64,000 nt of DNA from Eledone cirrhosa (taxonomy: Eukaryota), in assembly GCA_964016885.1 (NCBI GenBank), contig OZ024740.1, forward strand, positions 151,032,001 through 151,096,000, written 5' to 3'. Positions 41,535 through 58,761 of the stretch are shown here, one piece after another (the first letter of the stretch is position 1; each line of letters opens with the position of its first letter). The notes under the pieces were generated by a model. The model did no database searches, was not told where the DNA came from, and saw nothing but the letters and a program-made list of their open reading frames with translations. The position numbers were made by a program, and so were the translations under genes.

Positions 41535-41849
41535 TATATCTATTAATGCGTCTTTAACCTTGTAAGGTGAAAGCGCTTGGCATAAGAGTTAGGGTGTTTG
41601 ATTCATACTCGTGATTTCCATTCTAAGTGGCGTGGTATGTTCTTGAGCAAGACACCCCAGTGCATTCAAATGGTGATCACGTGAGTTCTTCATTTGTCAG
41701 CATATCTTTCCCTGACTGGCTGCCGATGCAACATTCCTGGATCAAATGTAGACCAAATTTGAAACGTTGTCAGACGCTCAAATCCAATATTATTAATTTC
41801 CACAGTCATGATCTCATTAAAACTGGATCATTTAATTGACTTCCAATCA

Positions 41850-43965
41850 AATTATGTTACCGCAAATATACAGTACTTTCCGCAGGATAATTGCTCTTCC
41901 CATAAGTGTTGTTTTCTGCAATGCTGTAATGTTGGGGTTCCAATTGTATCAAGGTGATACCAATCACAATTGTTATCACTCTTGATTTTATATTGCACAT
42001 TCTCTCGACATCTATTCTCAAGTCCGCATACTTTACAATTTTTTTCCTTTTCTTTACCATTGATGTAATGGTCTCCTGGGTAAGCTACATCGATCAACAA
42101 ACAATTCCTTTCAGTACTTATCTTCATCAAAGTTATGTCTGGCCTTGTATTTTCGAGAACTTTATTTGTTTGGATTGTAAAGTCTGACAAAAGTTTCACA
42201 GTATGATTTTCTCGGACCATCTCTGGTTTGTGCTGATACCATTTCTCAGTGGTTGCAAACCCATATTTCTGGTATAAAGACCAGTGGAAATGTAAGTACA
42301 TTTTATCGTGATTCCTTCTATATTCCCTCTGTGTAAGCATGCCACAGGCACTCTCCTTCCCACATAACCTACACTTATTTGTTTTATTTGTGTTATACAT
42401 ATTCCTTATCCAGTTTGTGTTTAGTGCTTGATCTTGAGTATCAATCAATAAACTTTCTGTCTCTCTTAAGATCATATTTTTTCAACCAATTCCATGAAGA
42501 TCAAAATTTTTCTTCCTTCATTTCTCTTTGTAATTTGTTGACCATGTAATTCCATACGTTTCTTATGCACAGTTTCGCAGCCAGAAGCTTCTGTGTGTAA
42601 TTTTCTTTACTTTCAATGAGTTCAATCCATAGTTTCCTGCTTTTGCCAATATAACTTAAAAGTTCTTCTCTACTACTGGTTAAATACGAGCCTAAGGATC
42701 AGCATTCATTAGACACGCAATCTTTCACACTTATAATCCTCGACGTTCTATGTTCCGTGGTATACAGAACCTGATGATATTTGCCGTACGCGTTAGCCTA
42801 TCCAACGTCTCTATTTTTCTTTGGTCCAATTAAAAATTGTCGCACTTTATTAATTATTAACACAGCCCAGATATTGATAGCGGTAATCAAGTTCTTTCCA
42901 CTGAATTTCGCTTACAATAGCATTCCTAACCTATTTAGATAGACTCGCTTCACATTTCCTGTCTTCTTCCCATTTAGAACTTTGTCAAGATCCAAAATAC
43001 CAAAATATTTGTACCCACTATTCTTAGAATCACGAACCGATACTCCATCGGGTAACTTAATCCCACCACTATCTACGTACTTACCCGTCTTCAAAGTTAG
43101 CATGGCACGCTTGGAAATATAAAACTCTATTCCAACGTCCCCACAACACTCGTGGACAGTTTTGACCACTGAGTGAAACAGATCTATTCCTGCCGAAGGG
43201 CTTCGCATCATCCATGAAAAGTAGATGATTGATCTTTGGTTCTCTCTTTGCCATCTGGTAGCCAATATAGGTATTCCGTAAACCATTTACAAAGAGCAAT
43301 GGTGAGAAGGAATCGCCTTGAAATATTCCTTTTCTTATATTGACCGCACCTAATTGTTTATTTCCTACATACAGGTTTATCATTCACGAAGGCATGCTAG
43401 ATTCCATTTCATTAATAACACAGTCAGCTATCCCAAACATTTCAGTACACATGAATATACAACCATGACAGAGGCTTTTTTAAAGTTTACCCAAGCCATG
43501 CATAAATTCTTTAGGCGTTTTTTGTAGTTATTCATTATCAACAACTTAACAGCAAAATGGTTTTAGTTCCCTGGGAATTCTTCCTACAATTTCTTCTGAA
43601 GCAAGTGATCATACACTTTAGCATTAAAGATGCCTCCCAACAAAGCAAATTCAAGCGAGCAATCGGTCTATAACTTCTAACTAACAAACCTTTCATTAGT
43701 TGTCTTTCCTTCAACCATCCAACTTGGAACTTCTCCTTGCACTGCACAATCATTTAGTTGCTTTTCTAGCCCTGAATGAGCACTTTTAGATCTATTCAAC
43801 CAGAATCCTTGGATATTATCCGGTTCAGGAGATTTCCAGTTTGGCATTTACCTAACTTGCTCTTGAACGTCTTCGTTTAAAATCATTACCCGTCTTTGAT
43901 TTGGTTCCTTATGCTCAACTTATGCTCAACTTCATTTATCCATCTCGCATCTTTATTATGCTCTT
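41850..43965 (-). mobile_element. Decayed R4/Dong-type (REL endonuclease) non-LTR retrotransposon
   Basis: GIFQGDSFSPLLF, HLLFMDD, YKYFGI, ETESLL...QDQAL, CRLC, HD, RPDI; many frameshifts; (TAA/ATT)n tract at about 43985-44000. Confidence 0.82.
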
Positions 43966-44362
43966 TTGAAATTGCCATTATTGTAATTATTATTATTATT
44001 TTTTTCCCTTATGCTTTATTTTTTCTCTCTCTAATATTCTTCAGTTTCATTCATGACTATAGCAATGGAGAAATCGTGTTAAGGAAATGTGTGACCTTTT
44101 CTAGTTCTTCGCGAAAATCAGCTAATAACAGTAAAGGAAAATAAAGTAAAGAAAACTAGAAAACTAAATTAAAAAGTAAACAATCAAAGAGCTAACAAAT
44201 CCATTCCCAAAGAACATTCAATTGAAAAGTGTGATGTCAAGGGTTGGAGGTGGTTTTAAAAAAGGAAAACAAAATAAATTCAAAATTACATTTTCAGAAA
44301 TGCACACACCCACGCACATACACACACACACACGAACACATACACACACACACACATTCGCG

Positions 44363-44928
<566 letters not shown>

Positions 44929-45312
44929 CACAGATAACAGCATCAACAATTTACATTTTGTAAATAGATTTCATTTTGTAAATAGATTTCATTTTTCGAC
45001 TAAAAATGTTAGTTGACGTATTTTTGCTCACGTGAGTTTTGAAGTCACGCCGATTAGGTTTCTACGTTGAAACAGAAAAGGAGGAAATGTTATGTATGTG
45101 TTGAAGATGAGAGAACAGTGAACATAAATAGACGCCATACAGGAACTATAAAAACAATGAATGTCACGACACGAAGCAACCAAGATTTCTCCTCGTGGTT
45201 TCCTCGATTTGTTCGAAATAGCAACCAAATCCCCTCAAAATAGAACAACGCGTCACCGATAAGTAGGAATTGAATTGGGACAAGACGGTATAAATACATA
45301 TGTATATGTATA

Positions 45313-45505
45313 ATAATTGTTTCTACTTTTGGCACAAGGCCAGCAATAATCCAGTGCATTACTGGTACTTTATTTTATCGAAACCGTAAGGATGAAAGGC
45401 AAAGTTAACCTCGGCGGGATTTGAAATCAGATAATAAAGGACCGTAACTCCATGCTGCGAAGCATGGCGCCAGACCCCCTACCGATACTGCCAATCCACC
45501 GCCAT
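45313..45505 (-). mobile_element. SINE family A
   Basis: Reverse complement of the family A consensus. Confidence 0.8.
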
Positions 45506-45759
45506 CTAATTATATATATATATATTAATAATCCTATAAGTTTATGAAGAAACTGGGCAAGTTAGAACATTTTGAAAAAATAATTTGCTTTTATTTTGAA
45601 AAGCTGTCACAGTTCTGTTAACTATATTTATAATCGAATACGTTTCTGTCCACATTTTTATATCTCCAACTGCAATTTACTCGACTTATTCGAGTATTTA
45701 ATAGTTAATAAATGTATAGTAGCAGTTTTCTCAATATAAAAGCATATAAATTTCAGATT

Positions 45760-45801
<42 letters not shown>

Positions 45802-45804
<3 letters not shown>

Positions 45805-46284
45805 TAAAAGGAAAAAAAAATTCTGACAAATTGTTCCCAGTGAAAAATAGTTTAATTAGGAATAAGTAAAAATGAGTAATAGTATTGGTTAGTATTCAGT
45901 TTTGGTTTTAAGTTTTACCGGTTGGCATTTCTAATGCTTTTCAAAAATAATTTTGAGATAGAGCGCCCGTGATGTTTGCTCTAATCTGATTAGTTTTGAA
46001 AATTCTACCTGTTTTATGTAAAAAAAAGTCGCTCCAGATGTATTAAAAAATTCTTGTGGTCAAAACAATTTTGATTGGTCGGTAGAGGTCATGTGAATGT
46101 TAAAAATTGATTTTGCGCCAGATGTAGGTTTGTCTCGGCTGATTGAGAAGTCACTGAAAAATAAGTCTTTCAAGACAAATATGTGTGTGTGTGTGTGTAG
46201 TAAAGAGGTTCGTTGTTGTGATAATGGTCAGCAGGGATGTGTGTGCGAACCGCAGCCTGTTGACAGTTCAAATGCCTATTAAGA

Positions 46285-46354
<70 letters not shown>

Positions 46355-46461
46355 GCAGAGTAATTCGTGGTAGAGGGATGGTCAGTAGGAATGTGTCTGT
46401 ACGTGTGTTGAGGATATTTTAACATGTTAAAAGATATTTTTAGCTCTTGTCTTATACGGAG

Positions 46462-46501
<40 letters not shown>

Positions 46502-46530
46502 CTCTTTGTATGTTAATGTACGCGTGTGTA

Positions 46531-46561
<31 letters not shown>

Positions 46562-48545
46562 ATATATGTGTGTGTGTGAGAATGTGTGTGTGTGTGGGTG
46601 GACCAGTATTTTTGTGATACTCGTAAAAATGGTGTACATTATTCAATATTTTCAGTAAAAACGATGCTCTCAATAGAACATCAAAAACCTTAATAATAAA
46701 AGGTGTGAAATGATATATAGTATTGGCATAATACCAAGGTGTGTGTGAGTGTCCAGATTGTACATACTGCAAGGGGGATCCATTAGGCCTTGCCGTATTG
46801 GAATACTTGTGTACAAATATGTATGTGCCCATCAGTGTGCAATGCATGTGTGCGTATATGTATGTGTGTGTGTCGGCACGTTTATATCTATAGACATCAA
46901 AAGGTATGCAAATTTGTGTATATTTGTGTTGCACCATAGAACATGTGTGTTTACGTATGTCATTGTGTTTATATGTGGATAGAGATGTATGCTTATGTAG
47001 GTATGTATGTTGACGTGTGTATGTTGTGGGTCCGTCTTAGGGAGAAGTGTTTAGACGGGGTCCGTATTTGTTAATAAAGTGAGATTCCTTGCTGATGCGC
47101 TGCGTGTGGGTGGCATTATCTTTAAATTTGTAGAAGGGAAATATTATGAAGTTGGCATGATTTTGGGTGACACAGGTATCAATGTGTTCACTCAGTGGTA
47201 TTTTCCTGTATTCCCGTATTTTAATTTGGGATCTATGGACAGTCATGCGTTGGTGGAGGCTGTTTTTGGTCTGGCCTATGTATTGTTCTCGACAACCTGA
47301 GAAAGTTAATACATATATTAGATTTTCTGATGCGCATGTGAAATTGTGTTTTACTATAAATCGTTGTCCTTCTTTGAAATAGAATTCCGAACCCTCTATT
47401 AGGTTGATGCATATGCCACAGTTGGGTCTATCGCATTTCTTTTTACTGTGGGTTTCGTTGTTGTGGTTGGCAGTACTTTGGCATGTGTTAGGATGTTTTT
47501 CATTGACTTAGATTGTCTTTTGCTCTTTATGATATCGTGTGTTCGTAGGATTTGGTTCATTCTATGGTCCTTTTTCAACACAGGGGTGTTCTGGAGGATG
47601 GTGTCAAAGGCCTCATTGTTGAGGGGGTTGTGTGTGGAGATGTATGGAAGAGCTTTTAGTTTCGGTTGATTTACTTTAGGTTGTCTAAGGTCCTGGGTAC
47701 TGAGTTTTAGGGTACGTTGGATTCCATTGTCAATTAGTGATGCAGGGTAGTCCCTGCCTATGAGTGTGTCCTTTAGTTCTTGTAGCCGTAAGTAGCAGGT
47801 GTTTTTATTGGAGACTATAGTACAGATTCTCTTGACTAAGTTGTAGGGAATATTAATTTTAAACGTGTCTAGGGTGGCAAGATTTGAAAGGAAGATATTG
47901 CTTGGAGTCTGTGGGCTTGTAGTATATGTCTGTTTTTATTTTTTTGTTATGGATCTTAATGAGGATGTCGAGGAAGGGGAGTTTTTGATGGCTGTATTCC
48001 ATCGTGAAGTTAATATTCGTGTTGAGCCCATTTATAAGGGTGTGAAATTCTTTAAGTTTCTCGATGTTTTCGTGCCAAAGGATGAAGCAGTCATCTAGAT
48101 ATCGCCTCCAGTTCCTTTCTATTTGTAAGTGGAGAATGTTTCCAAATTTGTTTAGTACTTTAGTGTAGAGGGTGATTTCCAGGTATCCCATGACTACGTT
48201 GGCATAAGTGGAGGCTGTTTTCGTTCCCATAGCGGTCCCAGATTTCTGCCTGTAGGGTTTGTTATTGAAAACGAAGTAATTGTTCTCCAAGATAAATTTG
48301 AGTCCCTCTATCATGAATTCTTTTTTGATGCGTTGTGGGAGTTCATTGTGGTAATTATCCAGCCAGAATTAGATAGCTTCTATTCCTAGGTTGTGGGGAT
48401 GTTGGAGTATAGGTTGACTACATCGAACGTCACTAGTAGGGTTTGTTCAGAAAGGGGCATATTAGAGAGGTGATTGACCATATCTAGGTCGTCCCTTATA
48501 TAGCTTTTGATCTGTTTGAGAAAAGGCTTGAGAAGGGTATGAATG
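45802..48545 (-). mobile_element. Decayed PLE (same type as 25650-28810) with degenerate pLTR HHR at about 45913-45948
   Basis: GTAMGTKTASTYAN, WRRYLDD, LPFLD, YKPTDSKQYL, IIKSKRQ, MTVHR; TTGAAAA-GCATT..AATGC-cAA-CCGG-TA; (TA)n flanks. Confidence 0.85.
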
Positions 48546-50089
48546 AAGTTGATACCCTATATATATATATATATATATATATTGTTGCGGTGTGTATATA
48601 TATATTGTTCCGGTGTTTTAAAATTCACAACGTCGCATTGTGTTCACATAATTTATTTAGGACTACAATAACGAATTGTTTCTTTTCTTTTAAAACGATA
48701 GTCAGTAATCTGAAGATGCTGCTGATAATCTTACCACGATGAGCAACCCCATAACATCCCCTCTCTGTATTTTTCTCTCGCGCGCGCGTTCTATTTCGTT
48801 GAATCGTGAGTTTGTGGGGTGTTGTTTGTCATTTATGGTGTGATGCCCTATAGTGTGGTGTAGTGATGTACAGAGTATTTGATGTCATGTAAATTAGTGC
48901 TTTTCTGTATATAATAGGACATTCTGCAAAAAATAGGGCATTACAATTTAAAGCGATTCTTACTGTGACCGTCGTTGCACAGTTTCAGTAACATGAGTTT
49001 ATCAATGGGAAGATTTTGCTAGGCCTTCGCTCAATTCTCGGCTACATCTAGAGAAAAATATATTATGTGTGTGCGGGGGGGGGGGGGGGTCACCATGAAC
49101 GTTCTCACGGCGAAATGCAACAAAGTCACACAGAGTGATGGGGGTGAGTGTGGGTGGAGTGATTGGGAACATTAATGACTTGTGTACTTTACTGGAACTA
49201 TTATATATTCATTGATTCTAAAATGATGAAAGGCAAAATTGACTTCACCGAGATTTGAATACAGAGCTTAGAGGGTTGGAACAAATAGTACAACAGATCT
49301 ATACGACACACAAATGGCTTGACATAATGAGGTAGATTGTAGTTTATTGTATAAGGTGTTTAGAGTGGCAGAGTTGTAAGAGTTGTAAGAGCATTGCATA
49401 TTTGGTTCGGATCTCCACGTTCTTAGTTCTAATCCCGTCGAGGTCCACTTTGCAATTCATCCTTTTAGAGTCGATAAAGAAAGTATCAGCTAAGTATTGA
49501 TGCAGTCCTGCCTCCTCCCAGCTGTTACATCATGAATGTTCCAATAAATGAAGAGAGGGAGAGACGAGAGGGCATCAGTATCTGCAACTAAACTCATAGC
49601 AAAAGATACATACTATCAAATAAGACTCAATTGCAAGTGATGGCTGTATTGTTTATCATTTTGCTTTACTGTAATGTGTGAGGATAATATATTTTGATAG
49701 GCGATGTGCTGTTTTATATAAAATGTGTACTGTGGTTCATTGCCGATAATGCATACGGAATTAATAAAATTGAACTAGAGTTCAACATTATAATTATGTA
49801 AGCACACACGAAATGTGAAACATGTTTTGTTTCAATCGTATATTAACAACATACCATTAACGCATATTTACCTATTACTTGTCAATTCATAGCAAACTAT
49901 TCTGTTCATACAAATTTTGAAATGCGAAAATTCCATGCATCAAATTCTTTGAAGTGATAACAGCTGCAACTGAAGTGCAGTTTACATTAATAACGACAAA
50001 GAAAATATATACGGGTATACTTATACGCGCGCGCACACGCGAGATACACACACATTTGCACACGCGCGCATACACACGCATATATATAT

Positions 50090-50657
<568 letters not shown>

Positions 50658-50658
50658 T

Positions 50659-51383
<725 letters not shown>

Positions 51384-51398
51384 CATATATATATATAC

Positions 51399-51429
<31 letters not shown>

Positions 51430-51436
51430 CATATAC

Positions 51437-51491
<55 letters not shown>

Positions 51492-51571
51492 CACATATAT
51501 ATATATATATATACATATATATACATATATATATATATATACATATATATACATATATACATATATATACA

Positions 51572-51603
<32 letters not shown>

Positions 51604-51610
51604 GATATAC

Positions 51611-51681
<71 letters not shown>

Positions 51682-51692
51682 CATATATATAC

Positions 51693-51789
<97 letters not shown>

Positions 51790-51969
51790 ATTCAATCAAA
51801 TTAAGAATAACCCATTAAAAAAATACGAAAAAGATACCTCTCATATATATACCACAGCGCATGTATGTATGTATTTTGTAATTTGTATGTATGTATATGT
51901 ATGTGTGTTTGTATGTATATGTATGAATGCATGTGAATGCATATGAATAATATGTATGTATATATTTGG

Positions 51970-52057
<88 letters not shown>

Positions 52058-52068
52058 ATGGGTGTGTG

Positions 52069-52103
<35 letters not shown>

Positions 52104-52799
52104 ATGGGTGTGCGCGTGTGGGTGTGTGTGAGTGTGTATGTGTGTGTGTGTGTGCGTGTGTGTGTGCTTTGTAGAAATATCCGTAGATGTGAAAAAAGAA
52201 AACGTAAAACAGTTCTCAATCGGGAAGAGAATTGATATGTCATGGAAGAAACATTGTCAAGGAAGAAATATTATAAGCCAATAAAAATCTTTTGATGTTG
52301 TAGACGCTCTTGTGTTCTTTATCATATATGTCATGTGTTAGTTATTTATATTCATGCACGGAACAAAAGTCCTTCCTAAGGTTTGAAGGTCCAATATTGA
52401 CGATATATACAGTATGTAAAAGAAATCAAAATTGTGACCTAATCTTCAGGTGCTTATACGTGTTTATAAGATACTGTTAAATGTATCACACGCTGAAACG
52501 CGAGTTTACGAAAAACAAAGGTAAATACACCAAGATGTAAATTTGAAATAGCGAAATCGTGCGCTCTAGCAGATGTATTGTATTATGTGGTGGAATGTAA
52601 TATAGGGATGGTAATATTTATTAAGGTACGAAATATAGTAGTATAGAAAGAACATTGTATTATGTAAGTCTAGAATGAGAAAGCGAAGGAAAAGATAGAA
52701 CGGAAGTATATAAATGAAATTAAGGTGGTTGATTATCAGAGGAATTTGTTGCAATTGACTTTTGAGATTGAGGCAAAAGGTTGAATGGGCAATATAGGC

Positions 52800-54050
52800 G
52801 TTAGCATGTGAAGAATGTATAAGGCGATAAAATTACAAACACCTATAACAAGATTAATGATGATGCCAATGATATTGCTACAAAGTTTTTTTTTTAATAG
52901 ACAACAGAGTAGAACACTTAGCGGAACATTAAGCCTTCATTAACCTGAAGGATCACAAACGTGATTTCACAAGCAAGCCTATCTGTAGATGAATAAATCC
53001 TGTAAGGACAGACTTAGAACTAGCTAGTAAAAACATATTAAGAGATATCAACACCTGCATTATTAAAAAACACCAATCTCTCACTGTGGAATAATGCAAT
53101 ATCTCTCAAATCCTGGTTCATAGAAACCTCCTTTAAGAACAGTACCAAATTCACAGTTTTATATTATAGATTTTTATTCCGTATATCTAGGGCACTTCTT
53201 AATTACGTCTTAGACTTTTCCCGTTCTTTTGTATATTTCACGGCATGGAATATAGCGTTGTATTCCACGCTCGTAACCCTCCTATTTAGTAAGGGTACTA
53301 CTTGGGTAAAATAAATCTGACTCTGGTGATTCTTTTGACGTCTCCATGGGGTCCTATTACAGTGCTGATGTTTGTAATCTTATACATTTTAGATATGCTA
53401 AAATCTAAATTTTCCAACTATTCCTTTGTTCTATACCGCGACGATGGTCTTTCGCTTTTACATGATTGTAAAGGACAAACTCTGGACAGATTCCGTAAAA
53501 ATTAAATTGACACTCTTTCGTGCATTAGGACGTACAATTATGGTTGATAAGAACCATAATAATGCAAAGCTTTTCTTGTAAGATTAAAGAGAAATTCCCT
53601 TTCCAACAGAAATTTAATGTCTAATCCGTTCTGTATGAGATTACACACAGCACCACAGAAAATTCTGATGATAGCGAAAGATACGTCGGTATGGTTCAAT
53701 ATTGTTTTAAACAATGTTTTTACTCGCATCTCCAATCCTTCAGGAATCCTGATATGAAAACCAGTACAGCTCTGGCAATGAAAAGAGAAAATAGTCTCGC
53801 ATAAGATTAAGTGGGAGATACATGAAAGATCTAGGACTTAGAACAATGGTACCAAGAGATGTCATTTCAGTTTTAGTGAGAAATGTAGAATATTACAAGC
53901 TTTGAACAATAATTATTTGAAATCAAATAGTGAAATATTTAGAGTATGCCCCAATCTCAAAAGCCTACTGCTTGCTAAGTGAAAATACTCAACAAATTCG
54001 ACTGATTTTCAACCATTCTAATTAGATTTATATACTTTCGTAATATCTTT
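52800..54050 (+). mobile_element. Highly decayed PLE, Hydra-like type (as 8120-11092)
   Basis: Remnants LKDHK, CR.INP, FDVSMGSY, YRDDGL, KWEI in broken frames. Confidence 0.7.
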
Positions 54051-54088
54051 GTTTCTTCCTTTTTACACACTTAAACAAATAGGATAAC

Positions 54089-54213
<125 letters not shown>

Positions 54214-54542
54214 CATATATATAGTCATTTTACGGATAAAAGTTGAGGTAAATAAAAAATACCTTTTCTGCAAAACAATTAGCGAGAGAGCTCAATCGCA
54301 GTGAAAATGATGAAAATTACTGGCATAATATATAAAATGAGAAATATGTACAGTTAATACGTTTACAAATTTGAAAATAGATGGAAGCATAAATTGTTGT
54401 ATTTTCATTCATAGTAATACATGTTTGAATGTATATTCGAGTTTCTCTTCGCATTAGCTGTAATTATATATAATGTGTGTGCGTGTTCGTATACATATAT
54501 ACATAAATGTGTGTGTATATTAAATATATATATATATATATA

Positions 54543-55859
<1,317 letters not shown>

Positions 55860-55957
55860 CATTAATATATATATATATATATGTATATACATTAATATAT
55901 ATATATATATGTATATATAAATGTATATATATATATATATATATATACATATATACA

Positions 55958-55997
<40 letters not shown>

Positions 55998-55998
55998 A

Positions 55999-56039
<41 letters not shown>

Positions 56040-56133
56040 TACATTATATATATATATATATATAATATATATTAATGTATATATATATAAACGTATATAT
56101 GTATATATATATAAAGGTATGTATATATACATA

Positions 56134-56214
<81 letters not shown>

Positions 56215-56219
<5 letters not shown>

Positions 56220-57307
56220 ATGTTGAAAAGGTAACACACTAGAGATATACAGTGCGCTATCAATAAAACAGGAAAAAAACCACCAGTGTATGGAATCTAT
56301 AACCTATGAAAGGCAGAATATAGACACGATAATTAAAATTATAAATTCAAGCGTAAATAAATACCTCTATAACTATATAACACACGTACAAATCCAAAAA
56401 GATCTGTTTCACCAGTCATTTGTTGACAGAAATGGAATAACCTCGGTTCCTCAGCGTGTGTAAGCCTATATATTTCAGACAACACTAAGAGAATTTTAAA
56501 AGTGACTGTCCAGCTACACGTGGGAGGGAAATGTCACAGCGTGTATAAGGGCAGTGAACCAGTGGCCTCTGAGGGACGGGCTGCTAGAAAGGGCAGCCCA
56601 AAACAACTATGAGAAGTGTACTCAACCAAATTGATAGCGCACTGTATATCTCTAGTGTGTTACTTTTTCAACATATTGTATTTTAAAGAGCTCAGGATTT
56701 CTTCCCCTTTCAGCGCCTTATTTACAGGGAATAGCGAAGGCCTATGGCTCCGTTAATTTATCGTGATATGTCGCTCCTTATAACAGTCTTTCCTATCTCT
56801 CTGTTTGGTTGAGTACACTTCTCTGAGTGGTTTTGGGCTGCCCTTTCTAGCAGCCCGTCCCTCAAAGGCCACTGGTTCACTGCCCTTAAACACGCTGTGT
56901 CTTCTCTCTCCCACGTGTAGCTGGACAGTCACTTTTAAAATTCCCTTAGTGTTGTCTGAAATGTATAGCCTTACACACGCTGAGGAATCGATGTTATTCT
57001 ATTTCTGTCAACAAATGACTGGCGAAACAGGTCTCTTTGGATTTGTACGTGTGTTATATAGTTATAGAGGCATTTATTTACGCTTTAATTTATATTTTTA
57101 ATTATCGTGTCTATATTCTGCGTTTCATAGGTTATAGATTCCATACACAGGTGTTTTTTTCCCTGTTTTATTGATAGCGCACTGTATATCTCTAGTGTGT
57201 TACCTTTTCAACATATTGTATTTTAAAGAGCTCAGGATTTCTTCTCCTTTGAGCACATTATTTACAGGGAATGGCGAGGCTCTATGGCTCCGTTAATGTA
57301 TCGTGAT
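56215..57307 (+). mobile_element. HHR-bearing non-coding element: 540-bp unit x1.25 preceded by a 415-bp inverted copy, in (TA)n
   Basis: 56631-56768 is repeated at 57171-57307; 56215-56630 is the reverse complement of about 56804-57220; HHRs at 56973-57054 (+) and 56380-56461 (-). Confidence 0.82.
56973..57054 (+). ncRNA. Type I hammerhead motif with full stem III and extended stem II domain
   Basis: ACACACG-CTGAGGA-[37 nt]-GAA-ACAGGTC tctttg GATTTGT-A-CGTGTGT; GUA site after 57047. Confidence 0.7.
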
Positions 57308-58760
<1,453 letters not shown>

Positions 58761-58761
58761 G

